A stretch of DNA of 64,000 nucleotides from Eledone cirrhosa (taxonomy: Eukaryota), in contig OZ024749.1 in NCBI GenBank assembly GCA_964016885.1, forward strand, positions 2,170,001-2,234,000, given 5' to 3'. Positions 42,401 through 57,638 of the stretch are shown one piece after another. How positions within the stretch are numbered: position 1 is the stretch's first letter; every line of letters starts with the position of its first letter. The notes below the pieces were generated by a model. The model was not told where the DNA came from, did no database searches, and saw only the letters and a program-made list of their open reading frames with translations. The translations under genes and the position numbers were made by a program.

Positions 42401-45400
42401 TTTCCTCTATTCTCCAGAAAGCCAGACAAGGAATATTGGACTAGTTTCGATGTTGTTACATCTCATCAGCAATATTTACCTATCTTCCGGCCTCTCTAGA
42501 GAATCGTGAAAGCACATATCGCTATATGCTTTTTCTATGAAAATTAGTAGTGGGCAGACCAATTTGCATAGAGCGTGAGTACGTACCGGTTCAACGGAGA
42601 CGATAAAAACAAATAACGAAACGAAATTAAATTTCGTTTCGTTTGTAACTCACTTTTGTATGACTGACGCTTAAACAATTAAGTTAAAAATGTACATCCA
42701 CATATGTATACTGAAATAATAGTATGCATATGAATACACACACGTGTACATATGTAGATGTACCGAGTTTTCACTGGTCACTTTACTGTGAGTGTCCAGC
42801 TATTCTGTATGTAAACACACATACAAACCGGTTTTTAGAGTCATACTGGTTTTTGAGGAAACACCTTTCCTCTATTCTCCAGAAAGCCAGACAAGGAATA
42901 TTGGACTAGTTTCGATGTTGTTACATCTCATCAGCAATATTTACCTATCTTCCGGCCTCTCTAGAGAATCGTGAAAGCACATATCGCTATATGCTTTTTC
43001 TATGAAAATTAGTAGTGGGCAGACCAATTTGCATAGAGCGTGAGTACGTACCGGTTCAACGGAGACGATAAAAACAAATAACGAAACGAAATTAAATTTC
43101 GTTTCGTTTGTAACTCACTTTTGTATGACTGACGCTTAAACAATTAAGTTAAAAATGTACATCCACATATGTATACTGAAATAATAGTATGCATATGAAT
43201 ACACACACGTGTACATATGTAGATGTACCGAGTTTTCACTGGTCACTTTACTGTGAGTGTCCAGCTATTCTGTATGTAAACACACATACAAACCGGTTTT
43301 TAGAGTCATACTGGTTTTTGAGGAAACACCTTTCCTCTATTCTCCAGAAAGCCAGACAAGGAATATTGGACTAGTTTCGATGTTGTTACATCTCATCAGC
43401 AATATTTACCTATCTTCCGGCCTCTCTAGAGAATCGTGAAAGCACATATCGCTATATGCTTTTTCTATGAAAATTAGTAGTGGGCAGACCAATTTGCATA
43501 GAGCGTGAGTACGTACCGGTTCAACGGAGACGATAAAAACAAATAACGAAACGAAATTAAATTTCGTTTCGTTTGTAACTCACTTTTGTATGACTGACGC
43601 TTAAACAATTAAGTTAAAAATGTACATCCACATATGTATACTGAAATAATAGTATGCATATGAATACACACACGTGTACATATGTAGATGTACCGAGTTT
43701 TCACTGGTCACTTTACTGTGAGTGTCCAGCTATTCTGTATGTAAACACACATACAAACCGGTTTTTAGAGTCATACTGGTTTTTGAGGAAACACCTTTCC
43801 TCTATTCTCCAGAAAGCCAGACAAGGAATATTGGACTAGTTTCGATGTTGTTACATCTCATCAGCAATATTTACCTATCTTCCGGCCTCTCTAGAGAATC
43901 GTGAAAGCACATATCGCTATATGCTTTTTCTATGAAAATTAGTAGTGGGCAGACCAATTTGCATAGAGCGTGAGTACGTACCGGTTCAACGGAGACGATA
44001 AAAACAAATAACGAAACGAAATTAAATTTCGTTTCGTTTGTAACTCACTTTTGTATGACTGACGCTTAAACAATTAAGTTAAAAATGTACATCCACATAT
44101 GTATACTGAAATAATAGTATGCATATGAATACACACACGTGTACATATGTAGATGTACCGAGTTTTCACTGGTCACTTTACTGTGAGTGTCCAGCTATTC
44201 TGTATGTAAACACACATACAAACCGGTTTTTAGAGTCATACTGGTTTTTGAGGAAACACCTTTCCTCTATTCTCCAGAAAGCCAGACAAGGAATATTGGA
44301 CTAGTTTCGATGTTGTTACATCTCATCAGCAATATTTACCTATCTTCCGGCCTCTCTAGAGAATCGTGAAAGCACATATCGCTATATGCTTTTTCTATGA
44401 AAATTAGTAGTGGGCAGACCAATTTGCATAGAGCGTGAGTACGTACCGGTTCAACGGAGACGATAAAAACAAATAACGAAACGAAATTAAATTTCGTTTC
44501 GTTTGTAACTCACTTTTGTATGACTGACGCTTAAACAATTAAGTTAAAAATGTACATCCACATATGTATACTGAAATAATAGTATGCATATGAATACACA
44601 CACGTGTACATATGTAGATGTACCGAGTTTTCACTGGTCACTTTACTGTGAGTGTCCAGCTATTCTGTATGTAAACACACATACAAACCGGTTTTTAGAG
44701 TCATACTGGTTTTTGAGGAAACACCTTTCCTCTATTCTCCAGAAAGCCAGACAAGGAATATTGGACTAGTTTCGATGTTGTTACATCTCATCAGCAATAT
44801 TTACCTATCTTCCGGCCTCTCTAGAGAATCGTGAAAGCACATATCGCTATATGCTTTTTCTATGAAAATTAGTAGTGGGCAGACCAATTTGCATAGAGCG
44901 TGAGTACGTACCGGTTCAACGGAGACGATAAAAACAAATAACGGAACGAAATTAAATTTCGTTTCGTTTGTAACTCACTTTTGTATGACTGACGCTTAAA
45001 CAATTAAGTTAAAAATGTACATCCACATATGTATACTGAAATAATAGTATGCATATGAATACACACACGTGTACATATGTAGATGTACCGAGTTTTCACT
45101 GGTCACTTTACTGTGAGTGTCCAGCTATTCTGTATGTAAACACACATACAAACCGGTTTTTAGAGTCATACTGGTTTTTGAGGAAACACCTTTCCTCTAT
45201 TCTCCAGAAAGCCAGACAAGGAATATTGGACTAGTTTCGATGTTGTTACATCTCATCAGCAATATTTACCTATCTTCCGGCCTCTCTAGAGAATCGTGAA
45301 AGCACATATCGCTATATGCTTTTTCTATGAAAATTAGTAGTGGGCAGACCAATTTGCATAGAGCGTGAGTACGTACCGGTTCAACGGAGACGATAAAAAC

Positions 45401-45438
45401 AAATAACGAAACGAAATTTAATTTCGTTTCGTTATTTG

Positions 45439-45445
<7 letters not shown>
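39422..45445 (-). mobile_element. Tandem array of ~13 x 465-bp units, each with a hammerhead ribozyme (non-LTR retrozyme-like multimer)
   Basis: 465-bp period (ORF track repeats at +465); I saw only one internal variant (~44944); (TA)n on both sides; terminal inversion at 45405-45445. Confidence 0.9.
39642..39686 (-). ncRNA. Type I hammerhead ribozyme, first of 13 copies (every +465 bp, last at 45222-45266)
   Basis: Minus strand: AATATTG CTGATGA GATG taacaa CATC GAAA CTAG TC^ CAATATT. Perfect 7-bp stem I, 4-bp stem II, palindromic stem III (ACTAGT), GUC cleavage triplet. Confidence 0.95.
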
Positions 45446-45487
<42 letters not shown>

Positions 45488-45744
45488 TTATATATATACA
45501 TAATCATACTAACATTCATATATTTATATATATATATATATACATATGTTTTAATATATATATATAAATATATGCATACTCTATGTATATGCATATATAC
45601 ATATCTAAGCGCTTATATGTGTGCGTAGACACACATATGTATCTAGATATATATATATGTAAAATTATTCCGTCGAGGATGATGCATATATATTGGCACA
45701 AAATATTCATATACATATATACACGTTCACTCCATGGGAACGGA

Positions 45745-46015
45745 CACACGGCCTCACAAACACAGCCCCACACACACGGCCCCACACACACAGCCCCCAC
45801 ACACGGCTCCACACACACAGCGTCACACACACGGCCTCACACACACAGCATCACACACACAGCCTCATACACACCCCACACACACAGCCTCACACACACG
45901 GCCTCACACACATCCTCACACACACGGCCTCCCACAATTGGCCTCACACACACGGCCTCCCACAACCTCACACAGCCCCACACGCACTCGCATACACGGC
46001 CTCTACACACACACA
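45745..46015. repeat. Degenerate (CACACACGGCCT)n low-complexity tract
   Basis: Directly visible. Confidence 0.85.
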
Positions 46016-46329
46016 AATTTCAACACATACCCTTACACACACACAAATATTTCAACAGCTTTTGAAACAGACAAAGTCAATAAATATATATCAACATTTA
46101 GGGGCACTGAGGCTACAAAAGTCCGATGGGCTGCCTCCGGGTAGGCGAAAGAGGAAAAAGGAAAGGGAAGATGAGGGGGAGTGGAAGGAAGTGATAGGAA
46201 GAAATAAAGGGTAGAAGAAAAGAAAAAGGATAAGAAAAGAAGTACATCTACCTATGTTAGTTGGAGTTTCCCCTATCTTGTTCGGCAAGTGTGGAAAAGA
46301 AGGATGTTGCAGCCATTGGCTACAACCCG

Positions 46330-46660
46330 GGTCATGAAGGGGTTTGAGGGCGAGATAAGTCCTACGCAATCGGTGTTTACATGCAGTTACAAGTTCGTCT
46401 TTTTTGTTTAGGAGTTGGTCCTTCGTAAGCAGCATTTGTAATGTTTCCCCGAGCATAAGTTACACGGACTGCGTCCTCCCGTGTAGGAGTTAGCCCTGGG
46501 CAGTAAGCTCCAAGTAAGATTGTATGTTATGTTATTACGTTGGAGGTCCCAGATGTGGCCCGAAAGTGTAGTGGCATGTCACCGGGCCGAGTTTCGGAAT
46601 GTATGTCGGTGTTGGTAGAGCCGGATCTTAAAGTCACTCAGTGTCATTCGTCTTTGTGTG
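46330..46660 (-). pseudogene. PLE GIY-YIG endonuclease, C-terminal half
   Basis: TLSDFKIRLYQHRHTFRNSAR*HATTLSGHIWDLQRNNITYNLTWSLLPRANSYTGGRSPCNLC/GETLQMLLTKDQLLNKKDELVTACKHR. Confidence 0.88.
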
Positions 46661-46985
46661 AATATAGGACTACAGACCATACTCTACTCTGGTGTTTTAA
46701 TATTTCTCCCTTTCTATATTTGACCTCTTTTGGCGAAACATTCGCCTACCGTTCTTTCGATTCTTTGTCAGTTGACCAACTTGAGATACTTATTCATCTA
46801 TATTTCTGTAATCCCCCCCCACCTCCCTTGTTTTTGTTATGTCACGATATGCACTGGAATGAAAGGTCTCAACTTTGATCACCAAAAACCCGAGTAATTT
46901 CCAGAGGTTGACTGCGGAGATGGGATTGTCCGTCTTTCCATTGCTTCTTTCCATTATCTTTGTCCTTGTACGCCTTATTATATAC

Positions 46986-47017
<32 letters not shown>

Positions 47018-47204
47018 TAGTAGAGGGGTTAAAGTGAGTGAATGATCAACAGGTTCATGTCAGTGTGCTACAATTATATTTACATAAAACTGGCCAGCCT
47101 TCGTCCACTCTAGCTCTTCATCTATCAGAAAGAAATATTCGTCGTACGTATATATAACTCATGTGTGATATACAAAAGATTTTACAGACATTCATCTACA
47201 CACA

Positions 47205-48052
<848 letters not shown>

Positions 48053-48381
48053 GACACGTTGAATCGTTGAATTCAAAGAACTTTCTAGTGAAACTGTTGA
48101 TGTTTCTCTTTTCGAAATTCTAAATGTATCTATTTTGATAAAATGTTGGTTTTAGTTTTTCCTCTCATATACTGAATTAATATGGCGCCTTCACATGTAG
48201 TAAATCTAATTTAATCCACATCTAACTCGACGTTTCTTTGGCTCAGTTAAGTCTATTTCCCTTGGCAATATTCTTTCTAGAAAAAAACATCTGAAAGTAA
48301 AGGCGTAATGTTTACTATGTCTTGTGTTGGGAAACCTAAGTTTATTCAATACATTTATATATGAGCACACCCATATATTAC

Positions 48382-48448
<67 letters not shown>

Positions 48449-48519
48449 GTATTTATATTTATATATATATATATATACACACACGTACATTTATATATAT
48501 ATATACACACACATGAAAT

Positions 48520-48596
<77 letters not shown>

Positions 48597-49029
48597 GTAA
48601 TTATATATATACACACGTGTTTATATATATATATTTGTACATATATATATATATGTATGTATATATGTAATATGTATGTAAACATATGTTTGATCAGACT
48701 TCGTAGTTAAGAGTCGTTAATAGTGCTAAACATCTTATTTAGGTGTATCTTTCTATCTATCTATCTATCATATATGCACACATACACTCACTCCCGCACA
48801 CATACGTGTATATAATCATATGTATATAATTATATATATATATATATATAAATACACACACACAGTTCAAGAGTAACCGATCATAAAGAGAGAGATAGAA
48901 TTAGGAGAGGAGAGATTGGTGAGTTAATTAGAAGCCAAAGCGTAAAGGCATGTACTCAATGTGCAATATGCAGTAGAAAGCAGCTAGGTGGCTGGGTTCA
49001 TGCAGAAGTTAGGTGCACAGAGCTGGAAA

Positions 49030-50730
49030 TATTCATTAGTTAAGCAAAACAAGACCACAAATTTCACAAGGAAGACATTATTAAAAGATTGTCAACATAT
49101 TTTAGTTTGATGTGAGGAATGTAGAGAATAATAATAATAATATTAATAATAATAATGTCCGTTTACAATTGTTTCGCTACTCCATATAATATTTCTGGAT
49201 CAGATGACTATATATCATAATTGATCTGGTTCAGTTGAAAATGATTAACATATTTAAAATCTATCCTATCTAAACATCCCCCCCCCCCAACCATAGATAT
49301 TACAAACTCTTTAATAAAAATAACATTAAAATATCATTCTCCACAACACCTAACCTAGCTAGCCACATCACATTCAGTAACCATCATAAACTAAGACAGT
49401 ATATCTCCCACACCGCGGTACCACCACCCCTATCAAATACACCACGCCACTACACCAATAATTACTCTAGTAGCACACCTCCCCCATCTAATCCTTCTAG
49501 CACTGACCTACCGCTTAGGTTAAAATACCCTACTCTCACTAACCGCAGAAGCAACTGCAACTGCCGTTACCCTAATGCATGCCCATTAAATGGACACTGC
49601 CTGACACCCAACATAATCTATAGGTGCACGGTTAAAACTGCTTCGAATACCAGCACTTATATCGGGTCTACCTCTCACCCTTTTAAGGTACACTATAACG
49701 CGCACTCTTTTTCCTTCCGAGACCCTAGCAACAGATGTTCGACATCTCTAGCTAGGCTCATTAAAAACCCTAAATTAAGCAACGTTCAACACTCACTAAA
49801 ATAGGATATCGTGGCTAGGGCCCAACCGTTCAATGGACGAAGAAAATCTTGTGATCTCTGTATTACAGAAGCATATTACATAACTCTATCACGACCTATA
49901 CCGATTAACGATAGAACGGAGGAACTATTAGCTGTCAACACTGAAGGGCTAATTCCTTCGCCAATAGAATATTTGACCCAACACAGTCATCTAGCCCCAT
50001 TTTTACTTGTAGCTAATAAGTTAAATAGCTATGACTAACTTAGATAATTATAGGTTACCTCCCCTACATTGTCTCTCAATTAAAACAATTTTAAATTAAC
50101 ACTTAACTATAAACTACCCACAATTTCTAATCTCTCGAGGAGTTACTTCCCCTGAAACCACCCTCTAATTAGTAAGGTAAATATGTCCTTTGGCGGCCAT
50201 CTTGTTACCCATAGGTAGATCTGACACAATCCAGCCTCGCCAGATGAATACTGCTTGATTATGGCTGACAACTGATGCAACCAAGACACCATAGTGAAAA
50301 ACCAATATATGGAACATTATATTATGTAACATTCTCTCATTATTTTAATTTATATTCCTTTGAAGTTCTGATGAGCCGCTCTGATTTTTAAATATGTTAA
50401 TTATTTTCAACTGAACTATATCAATTATGATATATAGTCATCTGATCCAGAAATATCATATGGAGTAGCGAAACAATTGTAAACGGACATTATTATTAAT
50501 AGAGTTGAAATCCCGCCGAGGTTGACTTTGCCTTTCATCCTTACGGGGTCGATAAAATGAAGTACCAGTAATGCACTGGTGAATTGCTGGCCTTGTGCCT
50601 AACGTAGAAACAATTATTATTAATATTATTATTATTATTCTCTACATTCCTTACATCAAACTAAAATATGTTAACAATCTTTTAATAATGTCTTCCTTGT
50701 GAAATTTGTGGTCTTGTTTTGCTTAACTAA

Positions 50731-50737
<7 letters not shown>
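49030..50737 (+). mobile_element. 5'-truncated Penelope-like element with inverted 5' pLTR and HHR-bearing 3' pLTR
   Basis: 49030-49260 is the reverse complement of ~50385-50737 (minus the SINE). One frame from 49292: HRYYKLFNKNNIKISFSTTPNL...CNCRYPNACPLNGHCLTPNIIYRCTV...YIGSTSHPFK...*DIVARAQPFNGRRKSCDLCITEAYYI. Confidence 0.92.
50365..50484 (+). ncRNA. Hammerhead motif with ~95-nt stem II in the pLTR
   Basis: GTT CTGATGA GCCGCTC...GAGTAGC GAAA CAATTG TA AAC; stem I is only 3 bp. Confidence 0.65.
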
Positions 50738-50802
<65 letters not shown>

Positions 50803-50921
50803 TATAAAGAATTAGTATATCTACCAACATATATATACAGATGCATACCTATGCTAGCAAATATATAGGTTTTGTTTTTGTAACTTTGTGGTTCAATGCA
50901 AGGGGATGCAGAACAATTATA

Positions 50922-51209
50922 TGAAAGACGTAAAATAAGAAAATTATAAAAATTAACTTACTCACTAAAATTTCACTCCAACTAATTAGTTTCTGAAAGG
51001 GAATAAACGTGGTTTCTGAATGGAACCACGGAGAAAATCCAATTGTCATCAGGAAGTCTATTCTCAGTTAAGTTCCAGGCAATGCGTGGACACAGGGAAC
51101 TTATACAAAAATAATTCAGTGGATTCAAAGACGTAAAATAAGAAAATTATAAAAATTAACTTACTAAAATTTCGCTCCAACTAATTAGTTTCTTATTTTA
51201 CGTCTTTCA
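50922..51209 (-). mobile_element. ~203-bp unit, 1.3 tandem copies with HHR-like motif and short terminal inversion
   Basis: AAAGACGTAAAATAAG at 50924 and 51127, inverted at ~51189-51209. Minus strand ACTTC CTGATGA...GAAA CTAATTAG TT GGAGT. Confidence 0.55.
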
Positions 51210-51333
51210 GATTTGTATGGCTGGCCGTAGACTAAAAGTGCACCATTTTCTGTAATCTGACAAACGATTGCCATACTCTTTGGAGTGTTTTCAAGCCATC
51301 ATGTATGTATGTATGCATGTATGTATGAATATT

Positions 51334-51954
51334 ATGTCGGGTCACTCTTGAGACCTACTGGTAACATGTAACACAGTACTATCTGTCCCATGGTCGGCTC
51401 CCCGACGACTAAACCGGCAACCCTACCAAGTTTACTTGGTGAGGAGGGTGATTTTGGACACCCTGCAGGACAAAAAACAAAACCTGACAAAGGGCGGAAG
51501 AATTCATAATAGTCAACGGCCATCCAAAAGTATGTAAATATGTAAATACACATGTACATATGTATGTATATGTGTATATACATGGGTGCATGTGTATGTA
51601 TATGCGCGGGGACATAAAAATAGTCGGGCTGGACACCCGATCGCACAGTTAAACCACTGGGAGTGAAGGGCCACTAGTCTTTGTCAGGGCATTCTTCTAG
51701 GAGAAGGCAACTCAGGAAATTGGGATGACTCCGATATAAAACCTGCGGCTCAGTAGTTACCGATCATGTTGATCTTTTCTTCTTTTCGGGTTATAGCTAC
51801 TGTCGCTCAGAGAGTGGTATTGGCTCAGTGCACAGTCTTTCCTCACTTTAAAAAATATCTTCACGCACAGGCATTGCACGATAGAATTAATTAATATTTA
51901 TTAATAATAGTATATCGTGCAATGGCCATACCCGATAACGAGGGGGCAACCATC
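51334..51954 (+). mobile_element. Family D element, copy 2
   Basis: Colinear with 21525-22046; (TATG)n flanks. Confidence 0.75.
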
Positions 51955-52039
51955 ATGTATGTATGCATGTATGTAAATACAAGTGAATTCTAGTGGAATC
52001 ATAAGAGTCCCTAAGTATTATACGTTTTGGGGGAGATAT

Positions 52040-52385
<346 letters not shown>

Positions 52386-52699
52386 AACCATTAGAAAACA
52401 CACACGCAACACATTTCGCATTCATAAACACCAGCTTGTGTAAATAATTACAATATATTATCGATGGCTGTTAACAACACATGGATGTACATCTCACCCA
52501 ACACTGACGTATAAACATGATACACTGACGTATTAAACATGTACACTGACGTATTAAACATGATACACTGTTGATTCCTCTCAATTGTGTAGATTTTCTA
52601 ATTGCAATCCGTATAAGTAATCTCTCTGTGTGTTACTTCCAGGAGCTAAAATCCTCATCCAGTGTACCCTCTTGCCAATGAGTAATGGGTTGCTCAGGC

Positions 52700-52768
52700 A
52701 GTCACATGTCCGGCCATGATAACCTATACAGCACTCCTCTGATGTACTATACTCGGGAACATAGGTTA
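52700..52768 (-). CDS. Possible small exon or exon relic encoding a CCxGYxGxxC (EMI/EGF-like junction) motif
   Basis: Minus strand TTTTGCTCTATCAATCAG acceptor-like site, then TYVPEYSTSEECCIGYHGRTCD; no strong donor found. Confidence 0.25.
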
Positions 52769-53728
52769 CTGATTGATAGAGCAAAATATTGCAATTCCTA
52801 AAGTCATTTTTAAAGTACCTCAACAACGTGATAGATAGCTGCTGCTGCTGTCTGATACACATTGATTACCAAGCAGTTGAAAGCAAGAGAACCGATATCA
52901 CATTGTCAAATCGATCAGTCTACAATGCTATGGTTACTAGTAAGCAAAGCGTCATACCTTTCCATACATGGCTTACATGTAGAAGATAATTTCTAGCGGG
53001 GAAAGGCATAATCCGCCACCTCTGTCCATCAGGCCAGCCATATCAGCCAATTCTGGTTGTTTTACCTATTATAGGATTTATTATTCCTTTCAATATACTT
53101 GAATAACTCCAAATTATTTAGACACACCTGCCGAGATGATAGCCTCCATATTCTTTAAATTATTTAACAATAACCACTAGGGACAGGACAGATTCCGAAT
53201 CATTTATTTGATTGTATCAGAGGAGATTGTTTCCCAAGTCGATAACGTAAAAAATAAAATGGCGTCAATTCGATATAAAACTATCATTTGTTTTTATAAT
53301 TGTTTTTATTGAACATCTTTTTTTTTATTGATGAATTGTATGGCACACACCAGAATCCGAACTTAGATAATATTTACTTGACAAATATTTCGACTCAATT
53401 GAAATCGATTGTTTACAAAGGAAAGGCACTGAACACTATACCATATCGATTGAGCATGGAGACGGAAAGTTCCAGAATCCTTGTAGTCATAACAAATCAA
53501 ATAAATATTACATTTTATGAAAAATTTTAAGATTGTCTTTTAAAGACAACATCGCAAACAAAGACAAATGCAATTAACCAAATTCTGTATCATTTATGCA
53601 ATTAAATAGAGAGGTAAAGAGGTAGATTTAACTTGCATTTCATTTGCTTACTTCACTACGACTGTAGCGGCCTTTATCACCCCCTTGATGCTCTTTCGTA
53701 CGTAGGTGTGTGTAAATGGATTTGCATG

Positions 53729-55260
<1,532 letters not shown>

Positions 55261-55870
55261 GGTGGCTGCCAACTCGTTTTCGAGTACGGCCACTACTTTA
55301 TATCCATGTAGGAGAACTCCTACCGATGCGCTGAACGAGTGTGACATTTTAGTCCAGCCAGCGACTTGAAAACTCTGGTACAAACACTACACTTGTGACA
55401 ATTACTGACACATAGTGCTGGGCCCATGGTACCATGTGACGACAAGTGCAGAGAGATCTCCAGATATAAAGCAATGCCTGTGCCGTGAAGCTTTTATAGT
55501 GAGCAAAGGCACTGCACAAAGCCAGTCCCACTCTCTTAACCAAGATGATATTTACCAAAAAGAAGAACAAGTCAACATCATTGGATACCATCAGGGTTGC
55601 AGGTGTTATATCAGAGTTTTCCTTCTCCTAGAATTCTGCCTTGACAAAGGCTAAGGGGTCATCTCTCCCGGTGATTTTGGATGGCCATTGACTCTTAAGA
55701 GCTCCTTTGCCCTTTGACAGGTTTTGTTTTTAGTCCTGCAGGATGTCCAAAGTCACCCTCCTCACCAAGAAACCTTGGTGGGGTTGCCAGTTTAGTCGCC
55801 AACGACCCGACCATGGGACAGGTTGTACTGGGATACATGTTACCAGTAGCACCAACTGGTGACCTGACAT
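55261..55870 (-). mobile_element. Family D element, diverged subfamily
   Basis: Reverse-complement homolog of 21525-22046; its 3' end is also duplicated at 34157-34213. Confidence 0.7.
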
Positions 55871-55938
55871 ATATATATACATATATATATACATACATAC
55901 ATACATACCTATATATATATATATATATATATACATAC

Positions 55939-56138
55939 NNNNNNNNNNNNNNNNNNNNNNNNNNNNNNNNNNNNNNNNNNNNNNNNNNNNNNNNNNNNNN
56001 NNNNNNNNNNNNNNNNNNNNNNNNNNNNNNNNNNNNNNNNNNNNNNNNNNNNNNNNNNNNNNNNNNNNNNNNNNNNNNNNNNNNNNNNNNNNNNNNNNNN
56101 NNNNNNNNNNNNNNNNNNNNNNNNNNNNNNNNNNNNNN
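55939..56138. other. Assembly gap (200 N)
   Basis: Run of N. Confidence 1.
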
Positions 56139-56164
56139 GTCTTTTTTGGTGTGAGAGTACATTT

Positions 56165-57230
56165 ATAAAAACGAATAATAATAATGGTTTCTTTATTGGC
56201 CACAAGGGCTAACACAAAGAAAAACATTAGAGACGGCACAGAACAGTACAGGACGATACATAGTGGGTTTTGGTCGTGTAAACAGGTTATAACAAAATTG
56301 GGCTAGAAATCAAAAAAATTCAAACAAAAATTTCCCAAAAAGGAGAGAAACCTCCGAGGGTCACTCGTGGTGAAAATCACACAAAAGACCACGGCCACCC
56401 TGACCGCCAGGGCAAGCGCCTTCTCTCAGTTTTCCCATTCCTCAGTCTACAGACGCATACTCAGAGCGTTCACTCGGACCAGACTCGCCACTTTCACCCA
56501 CCTTTCAACAAACTTACTAGAAGACAACACTCGCCTCTCCACCCTGATTTTCCTCTTCAAGAGAAACTTGAAAAAGTTAATCAGGGATTGGGCGGAGAGG
56601 AAAGTGTCCGTCTTCAACCCTTTCAACTTTGTCCACCACACAATCTCTTTGACTCTCACATGTTTGACCCTCAGCCATGTTTTTTAAGAAATTTCTAAAA
56701 GTAAAATGTTCAAATATTGTTAAAAAATGTTCAAATATTTGGGCCTTTGGCACAAATATTTGAACAATATTTGAACATTTTACTTTGGAAAATAAAAAAA
56801 AAAAAACATGGCTGAGCCACGCCCCCCAGCAATATGTCTGCTGTCGTGTGACAACGGCGTAAAAGTTGAGAGGAGGGTTAGTGAAATTCGTACAACAAAC
56901 ACCACCACAAACAACGTGAACAAAGACAACACTGAGAACACTCATTTAAAAAGAATTACCACACCAACTACAACAATAACAGCGTCAACCAAAATACAGA
57001 CAACAGAAAAAATGACAACAATTATACTTTCCCCTTCACGGGGCAAAGTCAAAGGGCTTATATCCCTTACACAACAAGAAAAATTTAACAACAAATAATT
57101 ATAGCAGGTAAATAAAGCGACTTACTGGGAGCGAGCAAAAAGACGTCCAATGAGACCAATACTAATAATGGGAGTGTGAACGGCGATGGGGGCACACACC
57201 ATGGAGTTGGGAGGGATGTGAGAAAGATAT
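56165..57230 (-). mobile_element. L1/Tx1-like LINE remnant (ORF2 C-terminus and 3' UTR, probably internally deleted)
   Basis: KEIVWWTKLKGLKTDTFLSAQSLINFFKFLLKRKIRVERRVLSSSKFVERW...; 3' end GCCCTTGTGGCCAATAAAGAAACC(ATT)n. Confidence 0.65.
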
Positions 57231-57284
57231 AGATATCTGTATTTGCCAGACATTTTAATTTAAAGTACTTTATATATATATATA

Positions 57285-57583
57285 AATATCTGATGAATTA
57301 TAGGAGCCCACTTGAATATATATATGTTGATCGTATACACGGTCCTACATAAATTGGTATAATTTCACCCAAATTGTAAGAATCCTATACTGAAACGAGA
57401 CGTCAGTCTGGGAAGAGATATATTCGATATGTCTCATATGAAATAATACAGCCAATTTTCCACACAATACATTTAGTTAGCACCCCGAACGCATAATTAG
57501 GAATATACTCACTTATTTCCTAATGTTTGTTGAGTGAGTTGGAATTTGGCCGGAGTATCGCTAAAAAGCTTTCTCCGATAATG

Positions 57584-57590
<7 letters not shown>
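57285..57590 (+). mobile_element. pLTR-like repeat with long-stem-II hammerhead motif; 3' part homologous to ~32870-33035
   Basis: CTGATGA ATTATAGGA...TCCTATACT GAAA CGAGACG TC (57290-57404); stem I is not supported, possibly truncated at (TA)n. Confidence 0.55.

Positions 57591-57635
<45 letters not shown>

Positions 57636-57638
<3 letters not shown>

Noticed and set aside
39469-45299. Repeated 60/61-aa ORFs in the 465-bp units
   Set aside because: Short, non-ATG starts, no recognisable domain, and antisense to the ribozyme strand.
45446-46660. Idea that the 465-bp array is simply the amplified pLTR of the adjacent minus-strand PLE relic
   Set aside because: The array has its own terminal inversion and (TA)n flanks and is nearly mutation-free, while the PLE is decayed. 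An independent later insertion fits better, though shared ancestry is not excluded.
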